A stretch of 5,243 nucleotides of DNA, from assembly GCA_046497275.1 (NCBI GenBank), contig JAWOFX010000067.1, positions 1 through 5,243 of the forward strand, in the 5' to 3' direction. A program made the position numbers and the translations under genes. This document shows, in pieces, positions 1-5,243 of this stretch (position 1 is the first letter of the stretch; each line of letters starts with the position of its first letter). The stretch is from Promethearchaeia archaeon (GTDB taxonomy: Archaea > Asgardarchaeota > Lokiarchaeia > Sigyniarchaeales > SOKP01). A model generated the notes under the pieces. That model was not told the DNA's origin. It saw nothing but the letters and a program-made list of their open reading frames with translations, and ran no database searches.

Positions 1-794
1 TCATATACAACAGTAGATAATTCTAGAGGAGAAATAGTTGGCTTATTCATCATTTCCATGATCTTTTTATAAATTTGATACAAGTTTGAATCTAAAGTAC
101 CTATTTCAAACTTCATGAACTGAAACGGTTTAGATTCAAATCTTCCGAAAGTAGATGCAATAAGAAGCCCATCTGGGCGATTAAATAAAAGATATTCCGA
201 GAGTGTATTAATTTTAAATTGATCTAATAAATGTCTGACCTTTCCTAAACGTTGTAGACTTAAGGTTGATTTTTGGATTTCATAATCTAAAATTTCTATA
301 AGTCTATGTTGCGCACTTCCCCACTTTACCGAGACAGGAGTAAATTTAATCTTTCTTTCAGTTTCCTCATCAAGATTATTTGAGAGTAGCTCATAGACAT
401 TATCTTCTTGTGATTCGTCTAAATCAATTTTATTCAATAATACATAAATTTCTTCGATATGAGGGCTAAATTCAAATATATTCATTAAAAATTTATCAAA
501 AATTTCCTTTATTTTCGGATCCGTAACTGTAGCGTCCACCATAAACACTGTGGTCGTTACCTCTGAAAATATAAATTCTCTCTGTTTGTCTGAAAAATAT
601 CTCTCCATATATACTTCTTGGCCGCCTGCGTCCCATACATTCAATTCCATAATACCTCGAAATATAAAATTCTCTCTCGAGATGCCTTTCGTAGGTTTTA
701 AATTGACCACTTTCATAAAGTTATAGCCAAGACAGACAGTCCTGAGGAGACTTGTCTTCCCTGCCCCAGCTGGCCCAAATACGAGCACTTTCAC
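1..794 (-). CDS. Rag/Gtr1-family small GTPase with C-terminal roadblock-like domain (3'-truncated by window edge; 264 codons visible)
   Basis: Hand translation from GTG at 794: (M)KVLVFGPAGAGKTSLLRTVCLGYNFMKVVNLKPTKGISRENFIFRGIMELNVWDAGGQEVYMERYFSDKQREFIFSEVTTTVFMVD...LLNKID...PVSVKW...EYLLFNRPDGLLIAS... No stop occurs before base 1. Motifs: G1 GPAGAGKTS (776-750), G2 T35, G3 WDAGGQ (635-618), G4 NKID (434-423), G5-like SVK (332-324). An in-frame TAA lies at 836-834 with no ATG between it and the P-loop, and GGAGAG sits 7 nt upstream of the GTG. The F-x-G...LN-x-WD-x-GGQ...ME-x-YF...QR..IF pattern matches RagA/Gtr1 as I recall it. Confidence 0.9.
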   Translation of the reverse strand, partial: MKVLVFGPAGAGKTSLLRTVCLGYNFMKVVNLKPTKGISRENFIFRGIMELNVWDAGGQEVYMERYFSDKQREFIFSEVTTTVFMVDATVTDPKIKEIFDKFLMNIFEFSPHIEEIYVLLNKIDLDESQEDNVYELLSNNLDEETERKIKFTPVSVKWGSAQHRLIEILDYEIQKSTLSLQRLGKVRHLLDQFKINTLSEYLLFNRPDGLLIASTFGRFESKPFQFMKFEIGTLDSNLYQIYKKIMEMMNKPTISPLELSTVVY

Positions 795-800
795 GAGATA

Positions 801-848
801 TCTCTCCGAATTTCTTCTATTAATAGTATGATGTTATTTATTTATAAA
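801..848 (-). promoter_or_regulatory. Putative TATA box (TTTATAAA, 841-848) and Shine-Dalgarno-like GGAGAG (807-802) for the Rag-like GTPase
   Basis: TTTATAAA matches the archaeal TATA consensus about 50 nt upstream of the GTG, implying a roughly 25-nt leader that contains GGAGAG. No clear purine-rich BRE, and the AT-rich background makes chance matches likely. Confidence 0.45.
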
Positions 849-950
849 TGTAATAAGTTCATCCGTATTTAATATTTTAGATTTAACAAACGATATTCTT
901 CCATTTTACAAAATTTGTTACTAATAATTAAATAATTCCTAAAATTATCT

Positions 951-1010
951 AAAATAGAATTTATTAAAGTAGAAATAACTAAATCAGAAATAACGAAAGT
1001 TGAAGTAAAT
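951..1010 (+). repeat. Degenerate tandem repeat, 4 x 15 bp (consensus AAAGTAGAAATAACT)
   Basis: Units: 951-965 AAAATAGAATTTATT, 966-980 AAAGTAGAAATAACT, 981-995 AAATCAGAAATAACG, 996-1010 AAAGTTGAAGTAAAT. Identity of the other three units to unit 2 is 11/15, 12/15 and 12/15, in exact register with no spacers. Confidence 0.6.
953..967 (+). promoter_or_regulatory. Putative BRE/TATA for apt (AATAGAA-TTTATTAA)
   Basis: A purine-rich stretch is followed by TTTATTAA at 960-967, about 45 nt upstream of the ATG at 1009. Motif match only. Confidence 0.4.
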
Positions 1011-1539
1011 GGTTAAACTTTTAGATTATATTAGAAATGTACCCGATTGGCCTGTAAAAGGAGTTCAATTCAAAGACATCACTACACTATGTCTGGAACC
1101 AATTCCATTTAAGGAATCAATAGATAGAATTGTTGATCATTACAAGGGAAAGGGAATTGATAAAGTGGCAGCCATTGAAGCACGAGGGTATGTGTTTGGA
1201 GGAGCAATTGCATACATTCTTGATGCGGGATTTGTTTTAATACGAAAAGAGGGAAAGCTACCTTGGAAACTTCATAAAGAGACTTATGAACTTGAATATG
1301 GAACAGATACAATAGAGATGCATCTAGATGCTATAAAAGAAGGAGAAAATGTATTGTTATTTGACGATCTCTTAGCAACTGGTGGAACTGCGAAAGCAGC
1401 AGCAAAATTAGTAGAAAAAGCAGGAGGTAAGGTAGCGGGCATTGCATTTATTATTGAGCTCACAGGAAGCCTTCATGGTAGAGATTTAATAAAAGATTAT
1501 GATCTTTTATCTTTGGTCGAGATTCCTGTTGAAGAATAA
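1009..1539 (+). CDS. apt: Adenine phosphoribosyltransferase (short, bacterial/eukaryote-type APRT)
   Basis: 176 aa. N-terminal IRNVPDWPVKGVQFKDIT (APRT hood motif PDFP..G..F.DI), IEARGYVFG, IRKEGKLP, YELEYGTD flexible loop, and PRPP-binding motif LFDDLLATGGT. Confidence 0.95.
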   Translation: MVKLLDYIRNVPDWPVKGVQFKDITTLCLEPIPFKESIDRIVDHYKGKGIDKVAAIEARGYVFGGAIAYILDAGFVLIRKEGKLPWKLHKETYELEYGTDTIEMHLDAIKEGENVLLFDDLLATGGTAKAAAKLVEKAGGKVAGIAFIIELTGSLHGRDLIKDYDLLSLVEIPVEE

Positions 1540-1580
1540 ATTCAGACGAAAATTAAACACTTAGGATTTAGAAGAAAATT

Positions 1581-1613
1581 AAAAAAAATTATTTTTATTA
1601 AATCTTATTTTTT
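1581..1613. terminator. Probable oligo-T terminators shared by convergent apt and mtnP
   Basis: The 72-bp convergent gap (1540-1611) contains A8 at 1581-1588, read as T8 on the minus strand about 24 nt after the mtnP stop. It also has T5 (1592-1596) and T6 (1608-1613) on the plus strand after apt. Archaeal termination typically uses U-rich tracts. Confidence 0.45.
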
Positions 1614-2484
1614 ATAGAATTGCTCCCCTTAAAGAATGGTGGCATGCGCAATCTCTTTCTATATCTATTTTTGGAATTGTTAATTCTAACATTTTCTTTA
1701 AATATTCTGCATTATGTTCCATTGTTTCTAAGATCTCTTCTACATCTACGGCTAATCGTCTCACTGGTCCACCGCAGTTTTCACAAGCAGGACCGAATTC
1801 TACGATTCCGCAATTTTCACATTCCCCAGCCCACACATCCAAATCAGTAACAGTTGCAATACAGCAATAACACAGTTCTTTTTCAGCAGCCAGTACAACT
1901 TCGGGATAAGTCGTCATTCCAATGATATCTCCTCCCCATTGACGAAACATTATAGATTCTGCTCTGGTTGAAAATCGAGGTCCTTCTATACATACATAAG
2001 TTCCACCCTTTTGAATATTTAGACCTTCTATATTATTTGCTGTATCATAAAAAAGATCATTTAGATACGAGCAATATGGATCTGGTTGGCCAATATGACA
2101 AACTTTTCCTCCCTCATAGAATGTGTCAAGTCTTTTTTTAGTTCTATCAATATATTGATCCACTAGAATAAATTTTCCTTTTTCATGCTCTTTTCTTAAG
2201 GATCCTACTGCAGATGGAGAAATTATTATTTTTACCCCTAATTCTTTAAATGCCCAAATATTTGCTCTGAAATTTAACTTATGAGGAGGAATAGTATGAC
2301 CATTCCCATGTCGTGAAAGAAACGCCACTTTTTTACCCCTAAAATTACCAATCTTAATCAAATCCGAAGGCCTTCCATAGGGTGTATACACTTTTATATC
2401 TTCAGCATTTTCCAATTCAATATCCGAACCAGTACCTCCAATAATTCCGATACTGGCTTTATCTTCATCACTCTTTAGTCTCAT
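1612..2484 (-). CDS. mtnP: S-methyl-5'-thioadenosine phosphorylase (MTAP, PNP family 2) with Cys4 insertion
   Basis: 290 aa. Motifs IGIIGGTG, TPYG, FLSRHG..H..PPH..NFRANIWA, SAVGSL, DQYIDRT, GTYVCIEGPRFSTRAES, IGMT..PE and TVTDLD. The D-x-D pair is typical of 6-aminopurine-specific MTAPs. A C-terminal CAC motif is present, and an SD-like AAGGA lies 7 nt upstream of the ATG. Confidence 0.93.
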   Translation of the reverse strand: MRLKSDEDKASIGIIGGTGSDIELENAEDIKVYTPYGRPSDLIKIGNFRGKKVAFLSRHGNGHTIPPHKLNFRANIWAFKELGVKIIISPSAVGSLRKEHEKGKFILVDQYIDRTKKRLDTFYEGGKVCHIGQPDPYCSYLNDLFYDTANNIEGLNIQKGGTYVCIEGPRFSTRAESIMFRQWGGDIIGMTTYPEVVLAAEKELCYCCIATVTDLDVWAGECENCGIVEFGPACENCGGPVRRLAVDVEEILETMEHNAEYLKKMLELTIPKIDIERDCACHHSLRGAIL

Positions 2485-2683
2485 TTTTGAATCCTTCTTA
2501 AGCTATGATTTATAATTCTTGATTATATCAAAAGAATTAAAAATTTTTTCATATTTGATATTAGATCCGTAGGTAGTTTACAATTCTAATTCTCAAATTA
2601 ATTTTTCTATAAATCTTTTTAAGATTTTTCCAAAATCAATAAAAAATAACCTAAAAGATTTTTTTGATTGTCATATTTATTGT

Positions 2684-2698
2684 TGTAGAATTAAATAA
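2684..2698 (+). promoter_or_regulatory. Putative BRE/TATA (TGTAGAA-TTAAATAA) for a leaderless beta-CASP transcript
   Basis: TTAAATAA at 2691-2698 is centred about 27 nt upstream of the ATG at 2722, and no SD-like sequence precedes the ATG (ACAGATCACCG). This geometry is typical of leaderless archaeal mRNAs. Confidence 0.4.
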
Positions 2699-2721
2699 TT
2701 ATTAATAGATACAGATCACCG

Positions 2722-4029
2722 ATGGCTAAAATAACATTTCTCGGTAGCTGCAGAGAAGTTGGAAGATCTGCAATACTTGTTGAATCGAAAGCAGGAAATC
2801 AATTCTTATTAGATTATGGTATCCGGTTTGGAGAAGAGGAACGATTACCACATAAATCAGACCTCACAAAATTAAAGGGTGTCGCATTAACTCATTGTCA
2901 TGTAGATCATTCAGGCGCTTTACCCTTTTTATATTTGCATAATAAAAGCCCCCCTCTTTTTACGAATGGTTTAACTTTAGATGTCTCAGATAAACTGATA
3001 AAAGACTCTTTAAAAATTTCAAAATATCCTTATCCTTTTGGATTTAAAGAAATCGATAATATGAAACGAAATGCGTATTTTTTACCAAAAGGAACCAGAA
3101 GAAAAGTGTCAAATGACTTTTATATAACCTTTTATGACGCTGGGCATGTTCCTGGAAGTGTATCAATTGTATTAGAGGTTGATGGTAAAAAAATTCTATA
3201 TTCTGGAGATATTAATACGAAAAAAACAAATCTTGTTGATTCAGCAAATCCTTCAGAAATACCTGAGATTGATGTTGCAATTGTTGAATCCACCTATGCA
3301 TTGCGAGAACATCCTCCCCGAGAAAAATTAGAAAAACAATTCGTTAATGATGTAATAGAAGTGACTCAAAATGGAGGTACGGTATTAGTACCTGCCTTCG
3401 CAGTAGCCCGCTCTCAAGAGGCTATCATGATATTAAATAAATATAGATATAATGATAAATTATTCCTCGATGGGATGGGTAAATTAATCTCAAAAATTTA
3501 TTTCGATTATCCCGAGGCATTGAAAAATAGACATCTCTACAGAAAAGCGCTAAGAAATGTCGATTTTGTCAATCGAAAAAGAAAACGCTCGGTAGTGAGA
3601 AAGTCTAGTGGTGTAATTGTCTCAACTTCAGGGATGCTTAAAGGAGGAGCTGCTTTAGAATATATTGAGACTATTCTAAACGATCCTTATTCTGCTGTCT
3701 TTTTGGTAGGGTATCAAGTAGAAGGAACACCCGGAAGAAATCTTTTAGATACAAATATCTTTAAATTTAGAGAAAATAACAAAGAAAGACATAATAATTA
3801 TGAAATAAATATTAAAGCTAAATGTGAAGTAGATTATTATGATTTTTCATCTCATGCTGATAGTAATGGATTGCATTATTATGTGGATAATTTGAAATTT
3901 ATTAATAGTTCAAGAGAAATATTCACAGTCCATGGAGATAATGAATCTACAACCAATTTTGCCAGTGAATTAGTAGAAAAAGGATATAATTCAGTTTCTC
4001 CTGAAACGGGAGAGACTTATATAATCTAG
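2722..4029 (+). CDS. MBL-fold beta-CASP ribonuclease lacking N-terminal KH domains (aCPSF2/YSH1-like)
   Basis: 435 aa. Starts ITFLGSCREVGRSAILV. Motif I LLDYG, motif II HCHVDH (aa 58-63), motif III AGHVPGS, motif IV YSGD, motif A VESTY, beta-CASP core PAFAVARSQE and GYQVEGTPGR, motif B FSSHAD (H378), motif C VHGD (H404). There is no roughly 180-aa KH extension, so this is not aCPSF1/FttA. Confidence 0.9.
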   Translation: MAKITFLGSCREVGRSAILVESKAGNQFLLDYGIRFGEEERLPHKSDLTKLKGVALTHCHVDHSGALPFLYLHNKSPPLFTNGLTLDVSDKLIKDSLKISKYPYPFGFKEIDNMKRNAYFLPKGTRRKVSNDFYITFYDAGHVPGSVSIVLEVDGKKILYSGDINTKKTNLVDSANPSEIPEIDVAIVESTYALREHPPREKLEKQFVNDVIEVTQNGGTVLVPAFAVARSQEAIMILNKYRYNDKLFLDGMGKLISKIYFDYPEALKNRHLYRKALRNVDFVNRKRKRSVVRKSSGVIVSTSGMLKGGAALEYIETILNDPYSAVFLVGYQVEGTPGRNLLDTNIFKFRENNKERHNNYEINIKAKCEVDYYDFSSHADSNGLHYYVDNLKFINSSREIFTVHGDNESTTNFASELVEKGYNSVSPETGETYII

Positions 4030-5243
4030 TTATTATTCAATTGCTCTTCTATTACTTTATCACAATTTTCTAAAAAAACATCTATTTTATCAGTAGGTAT
4101 TTTGGTACCCGCCGCGGGTGGATGTCCACCTCCTAATGCGATTAAATTTGTTAATTCTAATGCCTTACGAATCGCATCAGACAAATTTACTCCTTTTTCC
4201 ACAATAGATTTATGCGCTCTTGCAGAAATTTTGTACACATCCTCGTCTTTTCTTTTCGCATACCCAAAAATAGGTTTATCTCTATCAATTATTTCACTTT
4301 CGTCAAAAATTAACATTGAAGATACAGTGCCTATTATACTTTCAGGAATCATATCATTCCCATAAAAATACTGAATGTTATCCATTTCATTAATAACTTT
4401 ATTTTCTCTTATCCACATTAAAGCATTCACCAGAGATTTTTTATAATCCTGTAAATTTTGTTTTGCTTGCTTGTATGCTTCATTTCTATCCCCCATTGCC
4501 ATCGCAATTCCAATAGATGCATTATTTGTTCTTCCACATGCATTTAATAAATTAGAAAATTCATTGATATCTTGTAAATCTGAACCCTCTTGTTCTGATG
4601 TGAGTAAATATCTATTCACTATTAATTTATTGATTATTTGATAAGGCTCTATATCAAGTTTTATAGAGATATACTCTATTATTGCAGATGTTATTTTTTG
4701 TTTCTCTTCTTGATTTAAATCCATTAAACTTTTTATAGTTCCATCAGAATGTTTCATTAGGATTCCTAATTGTTTCAAAAATTTCAAAGTTTTGTTAGCA
4801 TCACCACTCAAACCAGGCAAGTTAATTTCTGATGAATAAGCTATAGCTTTATTTAATGGTTTTATTGGAGAAAAATTGATATCATCTACCACTGCAATTA
4901 AATCTTTACTTTTTGCTTCTTCAGCGATTTTTGCATTAATGCCAACGAATGATTTATTTTTTCCTTGATTTTGGACATCACCACTTGCTCCAATAAGGGC
5001 AATAACCGAGAGATCTGAATTTTTTTCATCTAATTTTTTTGTAAATAAATAACTCATACCAGAACCAGAGATCTCTTCACTCCCATCAATTCCATAAAAA
5101 TAGGGATTAATATGCCATTCCTTGGTACTCTTATAAATTTCTTTTAAAAGATCAATCTTTTCTTTGTCAGAGACTCCATAAGGTAGATGATGATCTAATA
5201 TAATAAATGGATTAGTTATATTCTCTTCTATAAATTTATATTG
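4026..5243 (-). CDS. recJ: Archaeal RecJ/GAN (Cdc45-related) DHH-DHHA1 nuclease, 5'-truncated by window edge
   Basis: The frame stays open upstream of the track's Met at 5057 to base 5243: QYKFIEENITNPFIILDHHLPY...WHINPYFYGIDGSEEISGSGMSY... The DHH motif is at 5195-5187. NP..GIDG..EISGSG, IGASGDVQ, NACGR, KISARA and DHHA1 GGGHPPAAG are characteristic of archaeal RecJ/GAN. 406 codons are visible. Confidence 0.88.
   Translation of the reverse strand, partial: QYKFIEENITNPFIILDHHLPYGVSDKEKIDLLKEIYKSTKEWHINPYFYGIDGSEEISGSGMSYLFTKKLDEKNSDLSVIALIGASGDVQNQGKNKSFVGINAKIAEEAKSKDLIAVVDDINFSPIKPLNKAIAYSSEINLPGLSGDANKTLKFLKQLGILMKHSDGTIKSLMDLNQEEKQKITSAIIEYISIKLDIEPYQIINKLIVNRYLLTSEQEGSDLQDINEFSNLLNACGRTNNASIGIAMAMGDRNEAYKQAKQNLQDYKKSLVNALMWIRENKVINEMDNIQYFYGNDMIPESIIGTVSSMLIFDESEIIDRDKPIFGYAKRKDEDVYKISARAHKSIVEKGVNLSDAIRKALELTNLIALGGGHPPAAGTKIPTDKIDVFLENCDKVIEEQLNNN

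Noticed and set aside
714-716. First in-frame ATG (M27) as the GTPase start
   Set aside because: Starting here would delete the P-loop. GTG at 794 has an SD-like GGAGAG upstream and restores strand 1 and G1.
951-1010. 15-bp repeat as a mini-CRISPR or a small peptide ORF
   Set aside because: The units are contiguous, with no spacers, too short and degenerate, and no cas genes are nearby. The KxE-repeat frame is bounded by stops (933-935, 1014-1016) with no start codon.
1109-1312. 67-aa minus-strand ORF
   Set aside because: Lies fully antisense within apt and has no recognisable motifs; shadow ORF.
1620-1850. 76-aa Leu-rich plus-strand ORF that looks membrane-like
   Set aside because: Antisense to mtnP. 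The hydrophobicity comes from reading the complement of A-rich Glu/Lys codons.
2634-2669. Imperfect inverted repeat AATCAATAAAA / TTTTTTTGATT as a hairpin terminator
   Set aside because: It is almost entirely A/T, low complexity, and lies in a divergent promoter region rather than downstream of a gene.
3574-3603. Basic RKRKRSVVRK patch in the beta-CASP protein as a nuclear localisation signal
   Set aside because: The host is a prokaryote. A basic surface patch in a nuclease is more simply explained by nucleic-acid binding, or by chance in Lys/Arg-rich AT-biased coding.
4102-4365. 87-aa plus-strand ORF
   Set aside because: Antisense shadow of the conserved DHHA1 region of the RecJ-like gene.
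1-5243. Mobile element, defence island, rRNA/tRNA or CRISPR content
   Set aside because: No transposase or integrase motifs, terminal repeats, cloverleaf or GC-rich structured segments, or repeat-spacer arrays are visible. All genes look like housekeeping or signature chromosomal genes of uniform composition.

Overview
AT-rich (roughly 30% GC by eye) archaeal chromosomal segment, most likely from an Asgard archaeon (Lokiarchaeia/Promethearchaeota-like). The assignment rests on a Rag-family GTPase, TATA-like promoters and archaeal-type RecJ and beta-CASP genes. Five genes alternate in orientation. (1) A RagA/Gtr1-like small GTPase with a C-terminal roadblock-type domain (minus strand, GTG start at 794, runs off the left edge, absent from the ORF track). 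(2) apt, a bacterial/eukaryote-type adenine phosphoribosyltransferase. (3) mtnP, an MTA/adenosine phosphorylase with an unusual C-x2-C-x8-C-x2-C zinc-ribbon-like insertion next to the base-recognition motif. (4) A beta-CASP metallo-beta-lactamase nuclease without KH domains (aCPSF2-like). (5) An archaeal RecJ/GAN (Cdc45-like) DHH-DHHA1 protein that continues past the right edge. The most notable observations are the RagA-like GTPase sharing a divergent promoter region with purine/MTA salvage genes, the MTAP Zn-ribbon insertion, and a 4x15-bp degenerate tandem repeat directly upstream of apt. I saw no mobile elements, RNA genes or CRISPR arrays.
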